Source of the DNA: Octopus bimaculoides
Lineage: Eukaryota
Length of the DNA stretch: 63,512 nucleotides
Reading direction: 5' to 3'
Assembly: GCF_001194135.2 (NCBI RefSeq)
Contig: NC_068984.1
Coordinates: 73,185,646 to 73,249,157, forward strand
Every line of letters begins with the position of its first letter. Positions within the stretch are counted from its first letter, which is position 1. Position numbers and translations under genes: made by a program. The notes below the pieces were generated by a model, which was not told the origin of the DNA, did no database searches, and saw only the letters and a program-made list of their open reading frames with translations. Positions 28,228 to 40,537 of this stretch are shown piece by piece.

Positions 28228-28374
28228 GAATCCTTCGTGTTTTGTTTTTGTTTTTACATTTCCAATTTATTCCTTCACCCCGGCCACGATCTGGCATACA
28301 CAGGTGCTTACAATTATCAAGTATTACCTCTAACATTTACTTTACCTACGTGATTCACGTTGTCCTTCTGATTG

Positions 28375-28413
<39 letters not shown>

Positions 28414-28494
28414 CATATGTGATATATGACATATTATACACATAATATAGGTATGTGTATATATATATATAATATACACACGCAACAATATTAA

Positions 28495-28625
28495 GTTTTA
28501 TTTCAAGATATCTTGCTAATAGAGAAAGAGCCGGTTTCTAATGTCTAACCTAGATCCAAGGTTCCTTCATTGGAATTTCAACATCAACAACAAGGTATTT
28601 TCTCAGGGAAATTCCACCAGTAGTC
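28495..28625 (-). repeat. Isolated 3'-tail copy of the REL-LINE family at 23455-24065
   Basis: tttcaagatatcttgc..agagaaagagccggtttctaa..cctagat..ccttcattggaatttcaac is the reverse complement of ~23975-24055. Confidence 0.7.
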
Positions 28626-29888
28626 ATTATTATTATGAGTGGCTATGGCTTCTACCATATGTGGGTCTTATTTCTTTGTCCTCAGAGTTATCCTTCCGAC
28701 GAATTTCATTATATAGTGTCCTACCTGCAACATGTATGTATATATGCATGTATGTATATATGCATGTATGTATATATGCATGTATGTATATATGCATGTA
28801 TGTATATATGTGTATATAGACACATACAGGCACAGGTACTTTTTAGTTTCAAGTTATGTCTGCTCCATTGCCCCTATGATAGCGGTTTTCAAACTGTATC
28901 CATCATATCTTTTCGTATATCAAGAACGACATTGTCCAGTGAGTCCTCTCGTTTAAACATTTCTCGCTTTAAAAATTTCGTGCTTCTTTTAGCTTCAAAG
29001 TGCAATACTTTACAGGGCCTCCAGATCGTCTGGAACAACTAGTTATTTTGTGACTTTGGATATAGATAGGTAGATAGGATTGTGGACATTCTGATTAGAT
29101 ATGGACTGTGGGTAAGAATAAGCTTAATGGAGGGAGCAGAGTTGTTAGCGGGTTTGAAACATAGTAGCAATGTATTACACTGTGTAACAAAATATGTATT
29201 TATTTTTGTTTTTAGTCAGAAAGTGTTATTTCCTATTTGCTTTTATCTAGAAATCAAAATAAATGACTACTATTCGCTTCAAACTTTGTTTTTGTGCCCT
29301 CGACATCGTTGTTTTGAAACTTACCTATTTTCCATTACATTTCAGACAGATTCAGCGCTGAGTTCCTGAAGTAGACATATCGTTATAACAAAATATTCTG
29401 CTCAGTAGCACTGATTTGCTTGTAATTTGCTAGACTATAACAAATTGAGCAGGTTCCTTAATGACTGACAAAATGTACATCTCTGATCATTATCAGAAGT
29501 AGCGGGGGAGCAAGATAGCCATGTGTTGAGACGGATTCTTTGGGATTTGAATAAATGTAACAAGAGAAAAGTTTGAAGGAAATATTATCCCTTTTTCATT
29601 CTTTGCAGCAAGGACAAAAATCGGTTTACAGACCACTGAGTTAATCATTTCCTTGGACCCTATTACATTTATTTATGACAGCACTGGTAATGAATCATAG
29701 TTTCAGTAACGTTGTGGAGAAAATATGAGGTGTGCAGGTAGCTAATGGGAAATAGTGTTTATTTACTTTCAATGTTGTTTTTATAAATATTTTTTTATAT
29801 TTTTAAATATGTTATATTTTGTGAATGTTTATTTAAAGATTTGCTGTTACTATTTTTAAAAATTAATTTGTTTATAATTGTATTTAAT

Positions 29889-30250
29889 CTGCTGGCGGAT
29901 CGTTACAGATATTTTGGAATTAACAGATTTCATTTTAAACATTATTTTGTCTCTGTTATATTTCGTATTGTAAATATTTTACATTCATGCACACATACAC
30001 AAACACGCAAAAAAAGTATATATACATGTTTATACATACATATGTAAACATGTACACACACATATACACACTTATATATATATATGTATATATGTATGCG
30101 TTCATAAGCATGTATGTATATACTTGTTTTACGTGTTTGTGTATGTGTGCATGAATATAAAATATCTAGATTACGAAATATAACAGAGCCGAAATAATGT
30201 TTAAAATGAAATCTGTTAATTCCAAAATATCTGTAACGATCCGCCAGCAG
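29889..30250. repeat. ~360-bp palindrome (~150-bp arms around an AT/CA-rich spacer)
   Basis: ctgctggcggatcgttacagatattttggaattaacagatttcattttaaacattatt mirrors aataatgtttaaaatgaaatctgttaattccaaaatatctgtaacgatccgccagcag. Confidence 0.95.
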
Positions 30251-31554
30251 GTATACATGCAATACAACATATGATCATATAATACACTCATCTATATATA
30301 TAGTACATGTACACAAAATAAGCCTTTACGTTGGGGATTCTCATATGTTTGTGTGTTTTCCATATAAATTGCATCTAATATCTGCCCAAAGTCTTTCAGT
30401 GATCATTCATATTCAAAGTTCAAATCCAACCAAAAGACTGTAATGTCATTATTTCCACTATAAAATAAACCAATAAAAGCACATTACTGTTTATTCCTAT
30501 GAGGACAAGACCTTTCTCCTTTTCAAAGCTTTCATTCGTGTATGCAGGTACACATAAAACAATATGCATATAAATGCATTGTTCTATGCTTATTCGCTTA
30601 CAAAGTCATGTATACGAGTACCATTCAACTACTGTAGTGGTTGAATAATATTCTTAAGGCAGCAATTTACTCACACGCAGCAGCCTTCAGAGATGTCGGT
30701 AAATCACTTCTTAACCAAATTGACTGGCCCCTAGCTACATTTTGGCATAAAAAATTGAGATCTGATCCAGTAGGAAAAAGTTCACATTAAAATTTGTAGC
30801 AACGTTATAGGAGAGTAAGTAACGCCACCAATCAAGTTTAGATCTAAATAACTTTTTTTAATTTTTAAAGCAAAATATATTTATCTTAGCTTCAATGATA
30901 GAAGAAAGCATAAGGAATTTCACAGGTTTGTTCCAATGCAAGAAAGAATTTGTATCAAAAGTTGAGGTAAAACATCATGAAAAAATATAAGGCAAAAAAC
31001 TGGATTTGAGTATAATTAACATTTTACTTTAAAGGCAAACTATATTTTAATGAAGCTTAAATGACAGGGCTCAATTCGAGGGATTTCATGGTATCAATCT
31101 CATGCAAGGAAGTTTTAAAAGAAAAAAGTTGAGTGCTTGTTTCACAAAATTTGAGGGTGATAATATAGATCTATTCTTTTTTATAAATACAATTCTGAGG
31201 GGACTTTTAATATATGTCACCGGTTTCATTGAGGTAAGGAAAAATTTATCAACGGCACTGTTAATTGACACATTTGACACACTATTAATTAGCATAATAG
31301 CATAGCTTGCGAAAAACATGGATTACATTAAAAAATACGAGCAAGAGAAATAATATTCTTAAGATTATAAACTTGGAAAATTACAGGGCAAATCATTTAT
31401 ATTTGGCAAAGTGCAGGATAACTTGTTACACCTGGTAAAGTACAGAACAAGAAAATTTTTACTTAGCAGTTGAGAAAAAAATTATTCGTTCTACAGTTGC
31501 GGATGTTTGCGTAAGTTCGTGCATATTTTTGTAAGTGATTATATGTAAAATCGT

Positions 31555-31700
31555 GTGGTTAGGGAAGCCGGTGGTGTTGGGTTCTTGAATAAAACACTTC
31601 ATTTCATGTTACCTCGGTACACTCAACTGTAAAGAGGTAACCCTGCGATGGAGTGACGTTCCATTGACGAGCAATGCTGATGCGGCTACCTAGTCAGCAG
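31555..31700 (+). mobile_element. Degenerate tRNA-SINE fragment
   Basis: gtggttaggg...gttcttgaataaaacacttcatttcatgttacctc..cactcaactgta resembles 51514-51660. Confidence 0.4.
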
Positions 31701-31989
31701 GGTAGTATCACTCGAAAACCTATAACGATAACCAGTGTGACCAGTGATGTATAACAACATACGACAATTTGATTGATATAGTGAAACAGTGATGCTTGTA
31801 TGCATGTATGTATGTATGTATGTATGTATGTATGTATGTATGTATGTATGTACAGTCTTATTGTGCTCTGCTTGATTTCTAGCAACTCTGCTTTGTCACA
31901 AAGCAAGCTCGGTGAGAGTATTGGTTTAGTCGGTGACGGTTCAACTATATATCAGTTGACTAAACCGGCATCCTTAACGTTACCAGGAA

Positions 31990-32190
31990 CATTGGTTGCA
32001 AAATGTTGGCCCAAGGCCAGTAATTTCAGGGTAAAGGGTAAGTCGATTACATCGACCCCAGTGATCAACTACTAGTTATTTTATCGAACCCGAAACGATG
32101 AAAAGCCAAGTTGATCTCGGCGGAATTTGACCACGGAACGAAAAGATGGACGAAATGCCGCTAGACCTTTTGCCTGGCGTGCTAACAATT
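31990..32190 (-). mobile_element. Major tRNA-SINE, diverged copy
   Basis: gtcgattacatcgaccccagt...ctcggcggaatttga...gacgaaatgccgcta...ggcgtgctaac. Confidence 0.85.
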
Positions 32191-34060
32191 ATACCGAAGT
32201 GACCAGAAACATTACGCAACAATTAACATTAAGGATAGCATCTTCAAAATCACATTTTAATTCAAAACCCTGTGTCAGGTCAAACTAAATATATTCTTTA
32301 CATTTTTCCCCCTTTGTGATGAGTCAATGTGTGATCTGTTTCTTTGTTGTTTAGCTTAAGTTCGATATTGATGTAATAGAGCTGTCTTCAATAGCTTTCC
32401 AACCATAACCATTATCATCACCTCTTTCAGCGATGTATACAAGACCAAATTATTCAGTACGTCCTACTTTGTTTAAGACGGTATGGTTTAAAATGACGGA
32501 CATTTGGATTCTATTTCTAGTAAGTCGAGTGCCACTAGAGGCTCTTTCGCTGGCATGTTACGATGCTTTTCGTTTGCATGTTGAAAGTTATTACAGTTGC
32601 GTCAGACATATATGTTATAACGCCCGATTTTCTGCTATCTATAATTCTAAAGACTTACAGCATTTTCCTCGAGAAAAGAAAAACAAACAAAAGCAATATT
32701 TTGATATTCATGTATGAAAGTCAATGAATAAATAATGAAGACATTGTATAAAAGATTTTACCCCAGTAAAGTAACAGCATTCAGCAGCTTAGCAAATGAA
32801 TCATGTAACACTGCATTCAAATTTGACTATGTATATATTTTTATGCAATGAAAGAGAAGATTATATATTACCATAGATATATTAAAGCTTCATATTTACA
32901 TCCTTCTCTATATTTTCTTTTTTAGTTTTCCATTTGCTCTATTCCATTTTGTCGTTCTAACGAACCTGTTTGAATTAATATATCTTTTGTTTTAGACTTG
33001 TTTTTATTACAATTGTTGTTAGACTTGCATCATTATAGCCATCATCAACATCATCACTGTCCTCGTTGTCATCGTCGTCGCTGTCGTTGTCGTCGTCATC
33101 GTCGTTTTGTCGCCACCATCATCATCGGTGTTCTTCACGAGTGTATATATTTGCATTTGTAACTAAGTTTATATATGTGCGAATTCGTTTGTTTCAAAGT
33201 GTTTTATAAACATCGGTGACGTAAGATGAAATTGTCATTTATATTTATGAATTCACAAAAGGCAAGCAGATGATATGTTATCGGTTTCTCATTGTAAGTA
33301 ATGGTGTCCGTATTATTAAAACTTTCGGAAAGAAAAATTGATTTTCTTATTATCAATAACGTAGTTTTATAAGTTGTAGATCTACGAAGAAGCTTTCAGG
33401 CGAGTATAGAGAACTAACAGAATTCTGTTATCAAGTTCGCTTCCAATCACTGCAATAAATTTATTTACACAGCTGACACCATTAAGAATGTGACAAATGA
33501 GACTTCATCAAAATCCTCCATTCTCGTGGTTCTTGATATACCGCTCCTTGCGTTTAGTAAAAATGAGGTCAATACTTTCAGAACTACTAGTAAACCCATT
33601 CGAGTAATCCGTATTGTTTTCACGTTATCTCATAGGTTATGCTCAAATCACTACACCTTTTGCTTACTTCACAGAACAACGGTCATTTTTTTAATTGCAG
33701 TGCTGCCCATGAATTTGTCAGCTACGTTAGCTTGTAATTGAAAAGGAAAATTTACTGTGTCAGTATGAGCGGTCTTGGATGAGCTGTAAACCTATAGTTA
33801 AGGTTTTTTTTCTGCAGGCCTGATAAATAGAAGGACTTATAAAATAAAAGAAAAGAATCCAATAGTAATTTGATATAAGTTTCAATCAACGATTGAACAA
33901 TTTCGAAACTATATTTCTATTTTCCCGAGGAATGTTATCAATGGTGCATTGCGTCTTAATAATGACAGCATTCTATATTCATCTACACTGATCCTAGTTA
34001 AGATATAAATATTTGTAAATATTTTCACACTATTCTAGTACGGCCTCAAAACGGTGATTT

Positions 34061-34243
34061 TGTACGTTATTTACAATTGACGGATATTTGTCCTCATCTT
34101 GTTTGTTGTTAATACAACGTTTCGGTTGATATACTCTCCAGCCTTCATCAGGTGTCTTGGGAAATTTTGAACCTGGGTTCTCATTCCTAAGGTATTTTTC
34201 GATGTTGTTGTTATTATTATTATTATTATTACTATTATTATTA

Positions 34244-34318
<75 letters not shown>

Positions 34319-34326
34319 CCACTGCC
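34061..34326 (-). mobile_element. Inverted, head-truncated copy of the tRNA/(AAT)n/hammerhead SINE-like element
   Basis: Reverse complement matches 34393-34650; lacks the A- and B-boxes. Confidence 0.9.
34111..34157 (-). ncRNA. Minimal hammerhead motif (degenerate copy)
   Basis: GACAC-CUGAUGA-A-GGCUG...CAACC-GAAA-CG-UU-GUAUU; one mismatch each in stems I and II. Confidence 0.55.
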
Positions 34327-34330
34327 CATG

Positions 34331-34400
34331 GGCATATGGCGTTGTGGTTAAGAGCGCGGGATACTAACCCCAAGATTCCGAATTCGATTCCAGGCAGTGA

Positions 34401-34485
<85 letters not shown>

Positions 34486-34680
34486 GACTACAACAACAAC
34501 ATCGAAAAATACCTTAGGAATGAGAACCCAGGTTCAAAATTTCTCCAAGACACCTGATGAAGGCTGGGGGGTATATCAGCCGAAACGTTGTGTTAACAAC
34601 AAACAAGATGAGGACAAAATCCGTCAATTTTAAATAAGGTAAATAAAGTACATAATTCCTCATCTCTTAAATATAGAACG
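34331..34680 (+). mobile_element. tRNA-headed SINE-like element with internal (AAT)n and a hammerhead-containing tail
   Basis: A-box-like TGGCGTTGTGG and B-box-like ATTCGATTCC within a ~72-nt tRNA-like head (34331-34402); (AAT)n ~34405-34485; tail with CTGATGA...GAAAC. Confidence 0.85.
34549..34594 (+). ncRNA. Minimal type-I hammerhead ribozyme motif
   Basis: GACAC-CUGAUGA-A-GGCUG(ggggguauau)CAGCC-GAAA-CG-UU-GUGUU: stem I GACAC/GUGUU, stem II 5 bp, palindromic stem III ACGU, GUU triplet. Confidence 0.75.
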
Positions 34681-35228
34681 GTGACTTTGGTCATGTAGTT
34701 TATATTCTCTGTTGAGCTAAATCATAAACCTCATTTGGAGGAATCTTTCCTTTTATTTAAGAAAGATAATACTCGCAGTTGTAATATCTCTAACCCACAC
34801 CTTGGCATGTGACTCAAGCAAAATATAAGAAACTCTAGTAGGCAACATTGGATTAATTCGTTCATATGTGGCTGTTTTTTGTTCTTGAGCACTTTTGGGG
34901 GTTTGTAAAGAAAGGAATAATTTTGAGTCAAGTTGTCTTTGTATCATTATATGAAAGTTTCCAATCCCAACTAAATATTTGTCACTTAATAAAGAGAATT
35001 ACTTCGTAACATGTCAAAATATCGGACTTGATTTCATTTTCCTTGTGGTATTTGCTTGCTATACTTTCCAAATTGAACACGTTTAACATCATCATATGGT
35101 CTTTGAATACTTTTAGCGAAATCCACTCTGCTGCACGCCGTTGTCTCAATTCTTCAGCTATATTACTACTCGAATTTTTTTCTTCTTCTTTCTTGCCGTC
35201 TTTCAGACAAGTTATCAGCTGCATTTAT

Positions 35229-35444
35229 AGGAGGTACTGAAAAGTTCCTGGCTTTAAGAGTGTCGTTAAAGGCCTGGTTGGCGGCCCAATATTCCGAGCT
35301 TTTTTAAAGGGTTTAGAAAAACTGAAGGACTGCTGCAATATGTGTGTGAATTTGAGAGAGGAAAATGTTGAATAAAATCATGATTAACTGACCCTGTTGT
35401 GTATTTTCTGTTACCCAAAGCCAGGAACTTCCAGTACGACCTTG
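35229..35444 (+). mobile_element. ~215-bp mariner MITE
   Basis: TIRs gtactgaaaagttcctggcttt / aaagccaggaacttccagtac, TA at both flanks, internal GFRKLKDCCNMCVNLREENVE* resembling a mariner transposase C-terminus. Confidence 0.8.
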
Positions 35445-35862
35445 TATATCAGCTGCTCCGAACGGACTGAAATAAACTTGCACACTACTACTACTCCGTC
35501 GACTATATTATAATACAAACTTCTATCAGCATTGTGATTTCAAAGTTATGTATATATATATTACTTATCATTTCCATTGTGTTTGCTTATTGGCTTTAGA
35601 AAATTGTTTCTATATATAAGAATAACGTGGTCACTTGACTTATTCGAAACAGTAACCATTTTGTTCAAAAATAACAGGGTGATGTGTTTAAATAAAAGCA
35701 AGGGCGCGTTGGAAAATATATTCCACAACACTATATTCTTTAAAAAACAAAGCATGATGGGAGCTGAAATGCTCTTAAACAAATGTTCTGTGGTAGCAAA
35801 ATCTATTTTTGGAAGAGAAAGTTCCTCTCTCTCTCTTTCTCTCTCTCCCTCTTTACCTCTCT

Positions 35863-35897
<35 letters not shown>

Positions 35898-37775
35898 TCC
35901 CGGATTGCATTACTTAATGTATTGCTGACTTTATTGATCGAGAGTGGTGTGCATTTTGAGGATTTTAGCTGCTATTTCTGGCGGGTTGAGCGACAACGTT
36001 CATACTTTAACATTAGTTTGACTTAAGCTATATATTCTTTATCTTTGTATTCTGCAATTTTTTACTGAACATGACACATTATATTTTTTTAACAATCGAA
36101 TTCTAACAATTGACTATGCAACGCATGACCTCTAGAGATCATGTGAATAGAGACGAGGAAGCAAAAATCATAAAATAGTGGGTTTTCAAAAATAGTTTAC
36201 GATGAAAGAAATAACACTATTGTTTTTTCATCACTTACTTTATTATTTTTTTGTGTGTTTGTGTAAGTTTATATCGTAATAAAACACATTTTAAAACGGG
36301 GAAAGAGAGAAAGAGAGATTAGTTCTTGCTTGTATCGACAGGAAATGTGTAACGGAATAAAATAACCTACTACAATTCATTTCTTTTTGCTTGTTTTTGT
36401 CTCAAAAGGTAAGTTTTGCTCCACATGGAGTCTAAACTTAGGCGAATTTTACTATAGATAAAAATAAAACATTGTAAGTATCTTATATTGCGGGAAAAAA
36501 ATGTATATTTTATTACTGAGTGTAGTGACGTTTTTTTTTTCTTTTTTTCTGTGTGTGTGTGCGTATGATATTTATTTTTAGAAAAATGATGAATTTTCTT
36601 TGACCTAATCAAACGAATATGTCAGTACCAAAGCGGAACTGAACATATAATAAAACAATAGAAAGATTAAAAAAAAAAATAGATAACAAAAAATATCAGA
36701 AATCGGAAGATCGTTGGAACTCGTTGTCAGGATTAATTGTAACTAAAATATATGACTCAGTGCAAACAGCATTGAAGAAACAGATGAAGTATGTGTGTGA
36801 ATTATATCTGCACAATCTCTACAAGTGTTGCTCACAAAGCGAGTAACAGTTCACTTGAGCGATTGAATGATAGCTTCATAGTCAATGTCAATGTGAATAT
36901 ATCAGTCTCGAAACTAAATCTAAGATGGTTTTTTTTCGCCTGCTTCGAATTACTCATGATCAAGGAACCATATAATCAAAAGGTTCCAACTATAACTAAC
37001 CCATCTTTTTATGTATCCAATACTACGTTATTCGATGTGTCTTCTTTCTGCCTTTTATTGACAGTACTGTTTTAGTTGACATCAGTTTCGCTTCTCTTTC
37101 TAGTAGGTCAACCATTCATTGGTTTGCTACATCGTTTCGATAAATGATGCACTTACTTTCTATTGATACACAAAAGGCTGTTAAAAATATAAAGAATTTA
37201 CTCACTTGCCTTTAATCTATGTTATTTCTGTCGTTGACGTTGTACATTTATTGAATGCTTGAAATCAAACATTCATTGCTGGTTTAAAATTCAGCATCTT
37301 TAGCTAATATATAATATGAACTATTGACTTAGCAGCAACTCAAAGAAAGCCACATTTATACTAATGAATCGGTTAAATACCCAGTCTCCAGTGAAACTGT
37401 TGCTACTTTGCAGCCTGGTAAGTCAATATGTCTTTCATTTACTTTTGTTCTAAAATACACTGCAATTGAAGTAACTGCAAAGTAATCCGCATATGTTAGC
37501 ATTAGTAACACTTTGTGGTGGTGGGGGGGGACGATATAATCAACTCTAGTTATTTATCAAGCCAGAAAGAATGAAAACAAAATATTTTCGAAAAATCATC
37601 TGCTACGATCTACTCATCTAAATCTAACGAGTCAAGTCCTGGAGTTGATGTAATCTAGTATCCCAATTCCCATACTTTCATGCCTAGTGCATATAGTAGA
37701 ATTGTTAACTCAGCTCACATACATAAATACATACATACATACACACACACATACATACATACATACATACATACA

Positions 37776-37807
<32 letters not shown>

Positions 37808-39864
37808 CGCAGGCATACATGTATACAATTTTGTACATTCCACAGTAAAATAAACAGACTACTTCGTTCTCCGACGTGAAAATAAGGATATAAAACAGCG
37901 TATTGAGATTCCATACCGACGTAGTCGCGCAGTGGCAGAATTATTTGATAGATTGCTAAGGTCTTTCATTTCCTTTTTAAAATTACCGAAAAATATCTAC
38001 GGATACTGACGGTAATTCATGCCTATTAAAACAAAAATGAACGTAAAGTAACTCACACTTCCTCAAACACACTCTGCCACACTCACATATGTATATATAA
38101 GAATCCCCTACCTATTTCATCTCTCAGTATCAATCCAATGGAGGGTTTCTATGTGGTCGCTCACATGTCATACAAAGCAGTCATATCTTTAAGTCACGGA
38201 GCAAAGAATATTTTAGTTAATTTAACTCCAGAATCTCTCAATAAACCAGGTGAACATGGCCAATCCTTGATCTACTCGATTAGAGCTAACCTATGGCTTT
38301 GAAACAACAATCCATTGATGTAGTTCGCACGTATTGGCTCTATGTAGGTAAAACAGCATCAATTATACCTCAAATTAAGCATTTCAGTCTTAAAAATTGA
38401 GAATTATATTATATAATGTAGTCCGAAAACATTAACAGGTACTCAAACCCAATCTTTTTGAGATTGTTTAAAGCTTTTGCTATATAAACTATTCTTTAAA
38501 TACATAATCTTAATAACAGTTTTAATCGAAAGACTATAAGTATCTGAGCCAGTATTTTCACATTTAAAATTATCGGTTGCTGTTTCTAGAGTGTATTAAC
38601 TTCTTAACGATAAAGCTAATAGACAACAATTTTCAAGTTAGAACAGTTGATTAATATATGACAAGTAAAATATATCTAAAAGATATTCTCTACTAAGCCT
38701 GATCCTTCAGAGCAACTTATTTGGAATCTGCACCGTCATAAGAATCAAAGGCTTGGGGAATTTTTTTTCGAAATAAATTGCGTATTTTGTGGTTCTATAT
38801 AAACTTCAAACGCTCCTAAGGTTTTCAAAATCAGCGTGGCATATTCACAGATACTGATAGCAATGTAAGCTTATAAATATAGACGCATGCACATATTGTC
38901 AGACATACAAATAAATATTTATAAGTTTCTTTTCAATATCTCACCATCTAGTCAATGAAAGAACCCTAATATGGAAACTCAATGTATTTGTAAAACATTT
39001 TGTTAAACAATCCCATCCTTATTCCACTCACAAAACCGGACGGACACTGCTAAACTTTTGAGTTTAATGTCTTATATGTTTACGTTTGTTTTTTTGTTTC
39101 TTCTGTGGGGTGGTGGTAGAGGGCCTTGTGAATCCAAAGGAGGAATCCTTACTACAACTACCATTTAGGTGGATTTGGGGCTCAAAGCACACAGAATAGA
39201 CATAAACACAATGACGTATCCAGACCGAAGCTCTAAAATTTCCCATAAATCACTGCTGTGGACTGGTACAGTATTTATCGACTCTAAATGGTTAAAATCA
39301 AAGCTGCACTCGACTAGATTTGAATTAACACTGACAAGAGCCGGGAAAAATATCGTCGCCCTTACTGTCTCTCGCACCCCTAAATTACACTTTAAACATA
39401 TCGTCCAATCATCTTTGATTTTGCAGAGCTACATACTTAAGGACGTCTCCCCCGTCCTATATTTTCCTTATACGTTTCAAACTAAAAATGTTCACACTGA
39501 AAATCAGCTACACAAATCTTATTAATTGTTATCACAAAATCTTACGAGATAAAGACCGCATACAAGTCACGATCGAGCACTTCCTCATCACTGGCTAATT
39601 ATTGAAAAGAAACAAACAATTATTTTAATGATAAGAATACTAACGGTCGATCCAACGAAGGGAGCTTTTACCCAATCACTTCATCTGCAAGACAGGAGGA
39701 CAAGTTATACTAAGACATTGACGTAACATTTTAGAAAGTATTCGCTGGATAATATATAGCTCTAAATGCACTGTGAGTGTGAGCAGAGTGTAATATTGAT
39801 GAAAGGAATGAATTTGATTATTGGACTGCTCGATCAGAACCTACCTGGTCCTAAGCTGCTGTTG

Positions 39865-39937
<73 letters not shown>

Positions 39938-40477
39938 AGTTCGGAAATGGCTGAACAACAATGAGCCACTTGTGAAGTATCTGATATACATCGAACCCTG
40001 GCAATGTATTGGTTTGCAGTACCCAAATCCAATTTTTTTTTTTTTCAGAACAGAAAGCTATATAAATTTCACTTTATTGTTTAGGTCATGCATGTATAAA
40101 TTATAATGCAGTATGCACTACGTAGACTTAGGAAACTTCTGTTCTGAACAAAAGGGCGGTTAGGTTAAGAAATTTTATGTAGGTGATAGGGGCATGGTTT
40201 GAACTTAATTTGAGCAAGATATTATATTTCACCGCAAATTATTTACTGCGTCACGTAGTCCAAGAAACATCCAACAACGTTGAACCACGATGATTTATTG
40301 GCAATCCTACCTGATTATATTGTAATATAACACGCTTATATATATACATAAGTGTACACACACACATAAACACACATTTATGTACATACATATATACATA
40401 TATATGTATGCATATATGTATATATATATATATGTATATATGTATGCATATATATATATACATATATACATACATAT

Positions 40478-40537
<60 letters not shown>

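Larger units (their letters stand above)
27699..28268. repeat. ~570-bp palindrome (two ~260-bp arms, 55-nt spacer)
   Basis: 27699-27958 is the near-perfect reverse complement of 28014-28268. Confidence 0.95.

Noticed and set aside
34331-34402. Possible tRNA gene
   Set aside because: The acceptor stem and B-box are imperfect and the sequence continues into a repeat body; it is a SINE head.
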